Shown piece after piece: positions 27,515 through 42,127 of a stretch of DNA of 64,000 nt (positions are counted from its first letter, which is position 1; every line of letters starts with the position of its first letter). The notes below the pieces were generated by a model, which was not told where the DNA came from, did no database searches, and saw only the letters and a list, made by a program, of their open reading frames with translations. Both the position numbers and the translations under genes were made by a program. The DNA is taken from positions 1,302,001-1,366,000 of the forward strand of contig CM007991.1 in assembly GCA_002189035.1 (NCBI GenBank), written 5' to 3'. The stretch is from Utricularia gibba (Eukaryota; Plantae; Magnoliophyta).

Positions 27515-28429
27515 CGGAATCGTATCGCAGTGCACAGACCCTCTAAAACGTGATCAGAAAGCAGCAAGAATTCAAGAATCTCCTCCCTACTGTGCTGCTT
27601 GAACTCGTCAAAGCCGAAACGCAATGGCGAGGGAGAGGTGTCCCTAAGACACATATGGAGGAGGCAGAGGGATCCAGACATGGGACCCCAAAACTATGGC
27701 ACTCTGCACCAGCATCCAACACTCCTCTAACAACAGTGCTTTTTAAGGTATTATTGAAATCATTAATCCAATTATTGTTCCACAAAACTATTAATGATGA
27801 TTGTTTTAACATTCCCTCATTAAATAAACCCTGAATTCATCATTATAAAAAGAATTCAATGTAAATCAAATACTAACTACAATTAAAATTAACTAATTAA
27901 TATTTCCCCAATAATTAATAATTTATCGAGTCCCGATTTTTTTATTATTCAAAATATTTTCCCCATCATCTATCCATCTCCTCGGATTCCCGAAACCCCA
28001 CCATTTCGATTCTCCAAAGGATATCGCAAGCAAGAAACGGAGTTTTCAGGAAGCCTTACGACGCCGTTTTGATGTGGATCACCAACTTGTACAGAAAGAC
28101 CCCGACCGACGGGCTGGTGTGGAATGGAATTCAAATTCCGGAATGGGGCAGAAGAATGAGTGGGATCGCTGTTGCATTTGCGTTGAATTCAGTAAAGCTG
28201 AGCGTGAAAGGCGGAATCGTTCTTCCGCGGCATGCGGGAAAAGAGTGTCGGGGACTGCTGCTTGTCGCGAGCCACAAACCCCATGGAGACTGGAGCCAAT
28301 GAATCCCTCCATGGGCGACCCATCGCGCACTCACATTGACCGCTCCCTCGGCTCTATCCACTTTGGCCCTACCTCATTTCAACCCCTATTAGTATGATAT
28401 ATCTAACAAACTAATACGAATATATATGT

Positions 28430-28620
28430 TTGTATTCGTTTGTTTAATTTTATTGAACAAAAAAATTGTTAATATTAATTTATTTAAATTAATTGAATAA
28501 AATTTTTGTTTATATTCATTTATTTAAAATTAATAATCGTTTACTAATATTTATGAATAAATATAATATATTTATATTTTAACATAAATATAAAAATTTC
28601 GACATATTTAAACGAGAAAA
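28430..28620. mobile_element. Degenerate AT-rich non-autonomous element remnant (MITE-like)
   Basis: Repeated GTTTGT(A/T)TTCGTTTGTTTAAT and ATTTATTTAAATTAAT motifs typical of decayed eudicot MITE families. Ends not definable. Confidence 0.25.
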
Positions 28621-29374
28621 TTACAAGAACAACATATTAAATTTCAATCAATATTAAGAGTTTAGATATATTAAAACTCTACTTGGTACAGTTTATAGAG
28701 ATCCAATTTTCGAGAAATTGGAATTTTCTAGTTTATTGAAATTAATAAATTTTTTAATTTTTTTTGAAGCAAAAAATCATTATCTTGCATAATAAAATTA
28801 TTTATATAACGACTCTATAGAGATGTATAAACAACCTCATGGTTTATTCTCGTACTCAACATATTAAAAAATAGTGTATCTCTTATTTGAATTGAAGTTG
28901 GTCCTAAAAATAATTAATAAATTAATTAATTTTGATTTTAAAAAATATTTGTATCGTCCGTACACATGGTAGAATATTTAACTAAATCAATTGCCTTAAT
29001 TATATTGATATAGTTTCAAAACGTTTTTTTTTTAAAGTAGAAATTATTCTAAGCAAACCTTTTCATCTTTTAGTGTATTGTGGTAGTAATTATAAATGCA
29101 AGTATATTTGAAGATGTTGGCTTGTGCAAGATTACAGACATAACGGTCGGAACCAAACATGTAATGAAATCAAATGCCAGACGGCTACAAGTTGGAGTAG
29201 TAAGATACATACCAAATCTGCAAATTATAGGGGAACCTGAGACTTGACAGGAGATACGTGCACATTACTAAGAGGAAACCAACAAAATATTACAAACTTT
29301 TCATGATTATTATGTGTCTAAAGACCTCAATGGTACAGCAGCAAGCACATAGTGATCAGGGGATCAGGCGCTGC

Positions 29375-30401
29375 TTAATCGGATCGCATTGTTTCAATGT
29401 TCTTGCTCAGTTCTTCGAGCTTCTTCAGCCTCAGATGCTCGCTCTCACTCACCATCTGCACCAGCTTGTTTCAGTATTACATGATGAGATACACACACGA
29501 CAAGAAAGGGGTAAAGAAGGTTGGATGAAAGCATGGCCCTCACCTCCATCAATCTTGTGATGAGTTGCACTTTCTCTTTGTTTTTCTCGTTGTAGGCGTC
29601 GAGGGCTTCCTTGTAATCCTTCTCCTGCGATCACCGAGTTCTGAGTATGGAATTGGAGCCACACTGCTGTAGAGTAGGAGACTGTAAGATATACCTTCTT
29701 CTGGCAAATCTGTCCAAGAGGTTTCAATTCCTTGTTGACAACATCGATTTTCTTTCTAATGACGGAAACTTCTTTCTTCATGGGATCAGCCAGCGCATCT
29801 AGTTGCTGAAGTTTACAGTTAGTCAGTACATGGAGGATAGGAGTCCAAATGCTACAAGAAAATGACCAGATAGGAGCTGGCTTCCTTTCACATGTTCGTG
29901 CTCTAAAATCTAGCAGATCTGGCTCACGATCTGGTTTAAAAAGTAAAACTTGAAAGCAAGCCCAGCACTGTGAACTAACAGTGAAAAACATCGCAGTTGA
30001 AAGTACCCACAAGATTTAACTCAAAATTTCACCTCCCTGCCTCGAAAGACTGAAACAGGAAATAAATTGACGGTGCCCACAAGTTAGAACTCCATATTTT
30101 CACCCCCTGCCTCAAAAAAAATGGAGCGGGAAAGAAACTCAAGGTACCCACAAAATGTAGCTTGTACTGTGCCCCGAAAATTGATTGATACACAAAAGCC
30201 CAAAATTTTGAAGCACTATACCTCACGAATGGTGGCGAGACGCTTGGTTTCCTCTTCAATTCGGCCGAGCTGTGCCTGAACCCTCTCCTTAACCTCCATT
30301 CTCCTCTTCTCGATCTCCTCCTCCTTAGCCCTAAAGCACATAAGCGCAGAGTTGGACATTTCTTCATCCTCCTTCGCCATTGCCCCATTCAAGCTCGTCA
30401 T
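29375..30401 (-). CDS. DUF662 coiled-coil protein (RAB6-interacting golgin-like)
   Basis: EDEEMSNSALMCFRAKEEEIEKRRMEVKERVQAQLGRIEEETKRLA, DPMKKEVSVIRKKID, EALDAYNEKNKEKVQLITRLME and VSESEHLRLKKLEELSK over 4 exons. Start at ATG 30401 is inferred. Confidence 0.88.
30003..30160. repeat. Intronic tandem duplication with ~70 bp period (2.3 copies)
   Basis: GT(A/G)CCCACAAG...TTTCACC(T/C)CCTGCCTC at 30003 and 30073, with a partial copy GTACCCACAA at 30144. Confidence 0.7.
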
Positions 30402-32093
30402 CCCAGAATGGTGGCTTCTAGAAACATCCAAGGGTGAATCTTTCTCCCCATCACGATAACAAGCACCGATCTTTCCCACAGCCCCTTCGCTTTTGCCTCC
30501 AAGAGTAGCAAGCAGCCGAAGAGAAGAAGCTTCCTTTACGCAACCACAACGGTTGGCTTCTAGTTTTGTCCGCCGCGTTGTCACCTCCAGCTTTCAAGCT
30601 GTCCTTGTCTCAACTCCCTCCCCATGTGTTTATCCACGTGCATATATTTCGAATTTTAAAATATTAATATATTTAAATTGTGATAATTAATATAGTCCTT
30701 AATTGTGCTTTATTAGGAGTAACAAATAATTTGTATAAATAAAAGTAGAAAGCATACAAGAAGCTAGATGATTAGTGTTAATCATGTATTAGTGTCAGTA
30801 AATAACCTGTTTATTACCATTAATTATTACTCTGCGTGACGATGGGCCACGTCAACGGTCCAAGTAAACTTTCCATAATTAAGTAATTAATGCTCTGCGT
30901 GCTCCTATTGGGCCTGGACCATTTTGATTTTGATTTCTAACGTTCGAATTCCGTACATTGCTCACCCAACGACTACTACTGCTGATTTAATGAATAATAC
31001 CGCGCTTTTGATAATTACTGATAATTTTGAATTTTTTTATATAAATACACAAAATACATTTATTGATTTTATAAATATATATTTAAAACGTTGTTGCATT
31101 GGATAAATATCTTAATTTCCCAACCCTATTTAGGTGTTGGGTTGTGACTGATTCTGAACTATTTGAAACCGAGATCATAATACTTGAACTGAATTGAACA
31201 AGATTTACAATTTGAACTCAAATCGGAATCGAAATATGGTTTTGATTCAAACCGTGATTTCGATTCGAACCGATTGCAAGCATGCATTGATAAGTGATGG
31301 TGTGTGCATTGAGTTGAATCATCAAATATTTGTAATGACATATCATAATTACAAACTACAAAACCATGGGTGGGAATGGATCATCAATCTATGCTTAAGT
31401 TTTGGTTTACCAAATTGTCGTTGGTGTGTGCGTACGGACATGACCAACAAGAACAACTAACTAAATAACGGAATGTAGTGTCAGCTCGTTGTGGATTGAG
31501 TTCTGTTCCGTGTAGGGGCACGTAACGGAAGGGCTTGTAATGACGTGGTGGCTGGTGCTGTTTGTAACCATCTCATTAATAATAGGTCATATCCTCAGTG
31601 AATAGTAATAGACGCATCACACTGTACTAAAGATTTTTGTATTTTTTTAATTTTAAAAGGCCAATTTGGCCTCGTTGAATGCCGTTCCTCAGTGTTCACT
31701 GTTCAGGTCCCAAGGCTGCAGGCACCTGCAGCAGGACTATTGGCCTCATTTATTTACTCTTTCTATGCCTTTGATTTTAAATTACTTTATTATTATTTTT
31801 TAAGCAAAATGTATTTTTTTCCCATGATTCTAAATTTTTAAAATAAAAAAGGAATCAATTGATTTTTTTTTTATTTGCGGGGGTTGGAAACTTGAGCTAA
31901 GACTCTCCCTGGCTTCCCCACAAACACTCAGACTCTTAAGTGCTCTGCGGTGTGTCGGGGACAGTTGTGTTTTCGCGAGAAAAAGGTTTCATTTTTTTTG
32001 TCTTGTTCTCGTCTCCCCATTGACCATTTCTTCTTTGCAGTGTTTCTCAACTTCTGGTGTGTTGGCCTTTTCTCATCTGGGAATTTCTTCAAC

Positions 32094-33094
32094 ATGAACG
32101 TGATTCAGCAGCAACCGGGCCTCCATTTTAGCGTTTCTCAGTGGCGGGATTTCGAGCTCCACGCTTTAATCTTTAGGCACATCGTTAGTGGGGGCTCTGT
32201 TCCTAGTGAACTTCTTTGTCTCCTCAACAAAAGCATCGCGCCATTTTCAAATGAGTTATCTTCTGCTTTATGTTATGTTGCGAATCCTTTTCAGTACTTC
32301 CCCCATCACCAGTCTGCGCGTAAGTTTACTTTTTTGGTTTTCTGCTTACGGGTTTGTGTTTTTTCTGATCCCTCTGTTGTCAGTTATGCAATCGGGTTAC
32401 TGGGGAAGGCGGCGATGGATCCGGAGCCGGGTCGGTGCCGGAGAACTGACGGGAAGAAGTGGCGGTGCTCCAGGGATGTGGTGGTTGGGCATAAGTACTG
32501 TGAGCGTCATGTTCACCGCGGGAAAAATCGTTCAAGAAAGCATGTGGAAACGCCCACTGCTTTGTTCGATAACGGTGCCGGCGAGGATGACGACCGCAAA
32601 ACCATCGACTCCGCCGAGGGTAGCAGCGGAGGGAAACCGCAATTTCGCTCCATGAATCTCCTCCACCTCCAACAAAGGTGCTGCTTTTTTTTTTTTTCCA
32701 CATGTTGCATGCCACGTGCGAACTTTTTCACGAACAGATGCTTTGCAGGACGCCTGAGACGAAGCGCCCTTTCCAACGGCTGAATGATCCCGGCGGTAGT
32801 GAGCGGACATTGCGGTCATTTTTCGACGACTGGCCGAGATCAGGCAATGAGGCAAGTGAGCGATCAAGAAGCTTGACGACCCATTTGTCCATTGCGGTGT
32901 CTGGGAACTCCGATTTCTCCCTGAAGCTCGGAACAGGGAATGAAGATGATCCTCGTTCTCAACCCAAAAACAATACCAGAGAAAGTCACTGGATCGCAGC
33001 CTGGGAGGCGGCGAACTCCGCGCTCGGAGGACCTTTGGGCGAGGCGCTGGGATCATCCAATTCGAATCCATACTCGACTTCTGGAACTACTTGA
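32094..33094 (+). CDS. GRF: Growth-regulating factor (GRF3/4-like); apparent frameshift at the start of exon 2
   Basis: Exons 32094-32319, 32384-32677, 32749-33094. Divergent QLQ, intact WRC (DPEPGRCRRTDGKKWRCSRD...YCERHVHRGKNRSRK), FFD and GPL motifs. Confidence 0.9.
32529..32549 (+). promoter_or_regulatory. miR396 target site
   Basis: CGTTCAAGAAAGCATGTGGAA at the end of the WRC domain, the canonical position and sequence type for GRF mRNAs. Confidence 0.9.
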
Positions 33095-33231
33095 GGTTAG
33101 TTAGTTTCTAACCTCTTTTCGAACATGGAAAACTTATAGGGGAATTATTATTATTTTTATCTTTAAATGCAACAAAAACAAAAACAATTGATTTAATAAT
33201 AATAATAATTCAGTAAAATATAATTAAATAA

Positions 33232-35725
33232 TTAACATTTACGGGTCCTAAACTCAGCCTTCTCCTTGGGCTTGGGTGTGGCCTCAGGCGTAACAGCACA
33301 GCGAATCAAAGCCCAGTTCAGGCCTTCAAAGAAAGGATGCCTTTTGATCTCCGCCGCTCCGGTCTCCGTCCCCAACCGGTTCTCGGGATCCTTCACCAGA
33401 AGACTTCCGATCAGATCCCTTGCTGGGAAACTAACAACAGGGGTATCAGGAAATTCCACGTTCTTCAATACGATATTCGACAGCGTTTCTTCGTTTCCGG
33501 GTCCTTTAAACGGCGTTCTCCCATATAAAAGCTCGTACAGAAGGACACCAAATGTCCACCAATCCACCGGACTGCCATGGCCTTCTCCTTTGATGATCTC
33601 AGGAGCTAGGTATTCATGTGTACCAACAAAGGAGTTGGATCGGGCCTCAGTTGGCTCGACCACGAGCTGGGGCAGTGGCTGCGCCTCAACAGCATTCGGT
33701 TTCAACTTCCTCGCCTTTGGATTAGCAGGAAAAATCCTAGGGGTGAAGCACGATGAGGGTTTGAAGGATGATGGTCCACTGCAGAAGGGATTAATGCACC
33801 GTGAGCCTAAACTCAGATCAGAGGTTCGAGGTGGCTCCATAGTTGGTGAAACTGGTTTTAGGAGAGTTGGGTTCGCAGAGGATCTCAGAGAGAGATCGAA
33901 ATCTGTGAGCATGATGTGACCATCTTCACGGACGAGAATGTTTTCTGGTTTCAGGTCTCGGTAGACGATTCCCAGCATGTGAAGATATTCAAGAGCAAGA
34001 AGGACCTCAGCCACATAGAATCTACATTAACAAAAGCAAGCATTAGGAGGAAAAACATCACACTAGCACCAGATAAGGCATAAGCATCTCGTAGTGAGAC
34101 TGGTGGATCACTATCTACCTTGCCTGATGCTCTAGGAAATGTTGGCCAGGCTGTTTCTGTCGAAGAACATGTAGGTCGCCTCGGGGGCAAAACTCCATCA
34201 CTAAACATGACAAGTTTTCTGATGTGAATTGTGCGTATAGGGTGGGAAGAAATGGATGATCCAGCATTCTGAGAATCTCTCCTTCAATCCGAGCTCTAGG
34301 CATCTTCTGCCTTTTAACCAAGGACTCATTATCCATTACTTTTATGGCAAACAGGGACTCTGTTCCAATCAACTCAGCGAGATAAACTGTCCCTATGTCA
34401 CCGGAGCCTAGTCTCTTCAACAGATTGAAGTGGCTCAGGCTTAGAAAACCATATTTCTTTCTTATGCAATCAAGTGCTTTCCAACGACTGTCTGTCGACA
34501 TGTGTGATCTGCTTCCACTAGTTGATATCCATAGACTGCTTTCCTCACTGAGGCTAGTAGTATTGCTATTGCTAAGACCAAATACGCTGCTCATTGAGCT
34601 GTAGGAGATATCTCCTTTTTCATGGCCTTTTGAGATCAAACCTCCCTTAACCGAATGAACTGCTCCTTTATCTGAACCATTTGAAACCACAGGAGGATTT
34701 TTTTCACCATGGTTCATGGAAGCTCTAGTTGAATCCCCCTTGTCTTGGATTCTTGAAGAACAATGACATCTTTGGCATGTCAACTCCTCATTGAAATCTA
34801 CATATCTGGAGTTTTTATCAGTCAGAGCCACAGATTTCTTTGATTTCTTAATGACCACATTCTTGTTTCTGACGACAGTTCTGATTCGACCAGATTTCAC
34901 TACTCTGATGCGTGTCGTAGAGCTAGAGGCAGTTAAAGTTTTCATTTTTGACTTCCTTTTCACCTTGGAAGAAGGCGATGAACTCCCACTCTGCTCCTCT
35001 ACTTCCTGAATAGGTGCACTGTCGCTAGACTTCATCATCCTTGGCTCTGGAAAGTTCCTCAGTGGCATTTCCCCCCTAACAGGTGAGCTTCGCGCATCCA
35101 CAGGAGAATTCACTGAAATACACCCACTATATTCGCTAGATGCACATTCCTTGCTATTAGCTTTAGGTTCAAAACCACAACTAGAACTAGAACAAGTGGT
35201 CTGAACCACTTGCTTCATGGTGGAATCTTGACAAGAACCTACCCCAAATTGTTCAACCAACGGAATGATTCCTGATCTATTTTGTCGAACAGATGGACTG
35301 CAACACGATTTTCCAGCTTCAAGAGCAATCAAAGTGCATGGATCCGCGATTTTCCCACCTGATATACGAGGAGATGGCGATGTCATTGATAACCTTTTGA
35401 TAACAGCCATCTCCCCAGCCTGTGATATGCAGAGTCCCCTCAACGCCTGCTTCAGAGAAACTGGCTCGGAGAACCCAACAACTGGAGTGACAGAACCCAA
35501 ATTCTTCTTGGGTCTCCTTGAAGCATTTCTTCCTGGGTCAGAAGCATCAAAATTCTTGAACCCACGAAAAGTAACTGATTGAAAAAGCTTATTTATCTCA
35601 TGCTCTACAGATTTACTCTCCACTAGAGTCACAGTGGGAGGTCTCCGAAGTACTTTCAATGAATCGATATCCTCATTCACCTCGACAATTTCGCATACCA
35701 CACGAGAAGAAGAGGAGGAAGGCAT
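33232..35725 (-). CDS. KIPK: AGCVIII Ser/Thr kinase, KIPK-like
   Basis: Exons 35725-34119 and 34021-33232. Long Ser-rich N-terminus, [29 protein letters not shown] with activation-loop insertion, [14 protein letters not shown] and HPFF. Confidence 0.92.
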
Positions 35726-36620
35726 CCCAACTGGAAAACGAAGCAGCTCAAGCTTGGAAGCAACCCACTACTCCCAACATCTATATGAAAACATTGTACA
35801 TTTTACAGCCTTCACGAACCTTGTGAGCTGCAAAAACGGAATCAAAACGTTATAATTACAACAGCAAGTAGGAGAAGCTCGAGCAAAATGCAACCCAGTT
35901 TTCGAATTCTGTTAGAAAGATAAATTGTTGAAGTAATCTACCCAGCTTCAGGAAGACAACACCACAACACAGAAAAGGAAATTCTTCAAAACGACCGCCG
36001 ACAAAAGCCACGATCTTTCAACTCCCACCCCACAACTTGGAAATAAGCCAAGACGAAGGCATTTTGAAATGCCTCAACCACCCACAACGCGGAAATGGGT
36101 CGCAGCCCAAATATATTTTTTCCTAGAAAAAAAAATAAATTTTGGATTCTGATTTTTTTTCTCAAAACAACGTATGAAATTGAATGAAAAGGGTTCAAAG
36201 CACATTAAAAACAGATTAATTAATTACATTTTAGTTTTCAGAACCAAATTGGACACCCGCCAATAACAACTATGTGAAAAAATAACATTGAATATGTAAT
36301 AATTTTTTATTAGTGTATGTGCGATAAAGTAACTTTGATCAATTTTGTAAATGATATGTTTATTGTGTGATTATATTTAGTGGATTTAATGTTATAATTT
36401 TGAAAAATTAAAAAAAATTGAAAATGGGAAAAGGGGGGAGATGCATTTTCAAATGGCAAAATGCGCCACGTGATTTATATAAACTCTGAGAATCTTCTAA
36501 CAAATGGAGTTCAAAATTCAACAATTTATTAGTATTTATTTATATTGTAATAATAGAGTTGGACCCTTTATTACTTCCATTCAATGTGCAGTCACAAGGC
36601 CTGGCCAGGACGCCGATTGG

Positions 36621-36722
36621 TGGGCCCGGTTGATGGTAGGGCCCACCAGATCCAATAGACTGGCCCGCCCATTGGCTATCTTGCGTCAGCGCACACGTCG
36701 TCACGTGACCTCAACGGGCCCC
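36621..36722. promoter_or_regulatory. Site II (TGGGCC-like) cluster plus G-box in the divergent KIPK/MDAR promoter
   Basis: TGGGCC 36621, GGGCCCAC 36639, TGGCCC 36661, CACGTG 36702 and GGGCCCC near 36716. Confidence 0.55.
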
Positions 36723-36968
36723 GGCTTCCACTAATTAGTTGAAAATGCAGTTATCATTGAAATTTTGTACAAGCAGTAGATGGACGGATCACGAATGGAC
36801 ACGTGTCTTAATCGCGTGTAACTGCAATCACCAATCGCGGTCTCTCATAGGCAATTGCCTTTCTTGTTTCTTGAATTGGTTGAACCTTCCTTCAAATCTC
36901 ATCTACATTCATTCGTGGAGAGACGAGGCGCAGCGCTTGTGCTACGTCAGTGTTTGCTGATTGATCCA

Positions 36969-39478
<2,510 letters not shown>

Positions 39479-40190
39479 GCTCCTTTTCATGTCTGCTTCT
39501 CCGTGATCGAACTCAAGGTTGGCATCGTATCTTCTTAAAACAGTCTCATGTCCCCCTATTTTCAGTTCAACAAAACTTGTTGTGAGTACTAAGGTCATGA
39601 ATCCATACACTCCCACTGTCACGCTACATTCAAGCTTGCAGATACATATCTCGTTGGTAGTTGGCGAAGCACTCTCCGGCCAAGACGGTGGCAGGCGGCC
39701 CCGCGGCGGAATCAGGGACGCCGGAGAAGAGTTCCGTTAGTTTTCAGCTTCCCGATTTCGAAAGCTCGTGGGCTGGTTTTCAGGCCTGAACAAAATATAA
39801 GAAGCATCAGACAGGCTCCCTTAAATTTTAATACCGGCCCATTAAGTGGCCCACACAATTCACTTAAAAATTATAATAATAGTCATATAAATATTCCTTA
39901 TTGTACGTTTACAATTTAATAGAACATTCGATTTTATAAGGATATATTTTTAAAAAAATGCGGCGAGAAAGGGTAATAAAAGTACAAAGTCACATAAATA
40001 TTCTTTATTGCCTGCCTTGTAATTATTAATGTTGCAAGTAGTTATTTTGAAGGTATAGCAGCAAGAAAGGGGGTGAAATTAAGGGGAAAGTGGACAATGG
40101 GCACTGCGCGCATCATGCAATTCTGAAATTCAAAGCCATGCAACAATCATTGCCCTCTGGGAAGAAGAACAAATTATTCGCGTCAACCCG

Positions 40191-40208
40191 CTCTCTCTCT
40201 CTCTCTCT
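40191..40208. repeat. (CT)9 microsatellite
   Basis: Direct sequence. Confidence 0.9.
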
Positions 40209-40812
40209 GTCTGGCTCTGTGCTTCACTTTTTGATGATTATTTGATTAATTACTTTAATTTTGATTAGACACCTTAAAACCCTCATCTTTTAATAATGAA
40301 AGTGTACCACAACCAGCTTTTTTGGACTCTGAAATATTTATTTTCTCTCCTCAAACCAAATCAAAGTTGATTTTCTGAGGGGCGTCACGTGGTAGCATTT
40401 GCAGCCGTCACCATCATTAGGGTTGCAGGGATTTGTAATTATGAGGAATCATTTAAAAAGTAATTTTTTAGAATAAAAAAAAAAACAGCCATCTTGTCCA
40501 AGCGACCCTCTAGGTCAAGATGTGCATCAAATTGGATCCATTCCCTCCCAAAAACCAAGTAAAAAACTATGTACCTTGACCTTATCCTTCAAAACGTTGT
40601 CTTTTTTCTATTATTGCAAGTTTTTCTAGTCCTTTTACATGGTAGGGATTGTAAGGGGGTCGAAGACAAAGCGAGTGCTTGGGGGTCAGCATTGTGTGAT
40701 CGGAAAGCAGCCCCAGTGATCCACAGGCCAAACACTTCACCATATGAAACCCCGTTGAGTTAAGCAGACAAGTAATCAGTATGGCTCTGGTTTGAAATGG
40801 ACCACGGCGGGG

Positions 40813-41257
40813 ATGATGATGATGACAATGATCACTGTAGTTGTAGCAGTAGGGCTAGCGGCCGCGAGAGGCAACTCAGATGATGATGGGATGAAGGAAG
40901 GAGTGAATGAATGCTGGATGCTTGCTGCCTTTCTATGTTGCTTTTCCTTTGCTATTATTCTTACCCCCGCTACGCGGTCCCAACTCCAACCATCTCCCTT
41001 CCCATCTCCGATAGGTATCACAGTTTTATCATCTCTGAAATATCAGCTGTTCCAGCCAGCCTTCATGTCCTCTGCGCCGATATCCCATCTCGCCCTCCGG
41101 TCGACCGGAGGCGGCTGTGGGTTTGGGCCGGCGCCTGTACGGAGGAGCAGATCCGGCGAGTACTTTGCTGATGAGAGCAGAGAAAGATGTGGATGACATG
41201 AGGAGGAGGATGGGGCCGACTTCTCGGACCGATCCAACTCATCATTACGAATCTTAG
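40813..41257 (+). other. Speculative secreted-peptide gene with a CLE-like C-terminus
   Basis: Signal-peptide-like MMMMTMITVVVAVGLAAARG from 40813. A different frame ends RRMGPTSRTDPTHHYES* at 41257. A GT-AG intron 40903-41059 would join them. Confidence 0.25.
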
Positions 41258-41914
41258 GCCCTAAAGGAGGTGGGGGCCCAAGCCTGTATGGCCCAAGATA
41301 AAATACCCAAAACGCCCCCAGCTCGCTACGGTTCCAATTACCAAAACACCCCCAGCCCCATCCCATCATTCACATGACGCCATCCCCTAAAAAGGACCCC
41401 TCCATCGTCATCATCATCATCGCAGCACAGGGTAAAAATGGAACCCCTACATTTATTATTATAATCCTCCCCTCCCCCTTTTCATGCATGATTATTGCCA
41501 CCCCCTTTCCATTTTTACTTTTATTTTAAAATAAAATTATTAAAAAGTATATTCCTAATTTTCAGATAATTTATAGTCAAGTTTTCTAATTCAAGTCTTA
41601 TCTTATTAAAATTCCGGTAAAAATTTAATAAAATAGCATTATCGATTATTATTTATTATTTATATTGTAAACGGTATCACTCATTCTTGTCCGGCTCTCG
41701 TTGTGTGTGCATATATGTGCGTGTTTTCCCTGCTATAAATACTCCCACAGAGTCGCGATGCTCACTGCGGATTTCATCTTTGAAGTTTGAAGCTGGTTTC
41801 CTCCTCTGCTCATCATCATCCCTGTCTTCTGGTAAGCCTTCTGTTGTTCCGGGCACAAGTTTCCTTTTTGTTTTCAAAAAGGACGGTTTCAGATGAAGTG
41901 GGTGAATCCCAGAA

Positions 41915-42127
41915 ATGGAGAAGCTGAACTCGAAGCTGTACATTCAGAACTGCTACATCCTTCAAGAGAACGAGAGGCTGAGGAAGAAGGCCCAGATCCT
42001 GAACCAGGAGAATCAGGCGCTGCTCAATGAGCTCAAGCAGCGTCTCGCCGCCGTCGCCGGCAACAAGATCCCTGATCTCAATCTCTCCGTCTCTTCCCCC
42101 GCGGTGGCGCCGAAGAAGGCGGCTTGA
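41915..42127 (+). CDS. ZPR: LITTLE ZIPPER microprotein (ZPR3/ZPR4 type; HD-ZIPIII inhibitor)
   Basis: MEKLNSKLYIQNCYILQENERLRKKAQILNQENQALLNELKQRL is the ZPR leucine zipper. TATA (CTATAAATA) at about 41734. Confidence 0.93.
   Translation: MEKLNSKLYIQNCYILQENERLRKKAQILNQENQALLNELKQRLAAVAGNKIPDLNLSVSSPAVAPKKAA

Noticed and set aside
28069-28397. Overlapping ORFs on both strands and a 9-bp inverted repeat (CCCATGGAG/CTCCATGGG)
   Set aside because: No recognisable protein or miRNA; more simply the GC-richer upstream regulatory region of the TRM-like gene.
31140-31280. AACCG/CGGTT- and GAATCGAA-rich stretch resembling a MITE end
   Set aside because: Too degenerate to define TIRs or a TSD.
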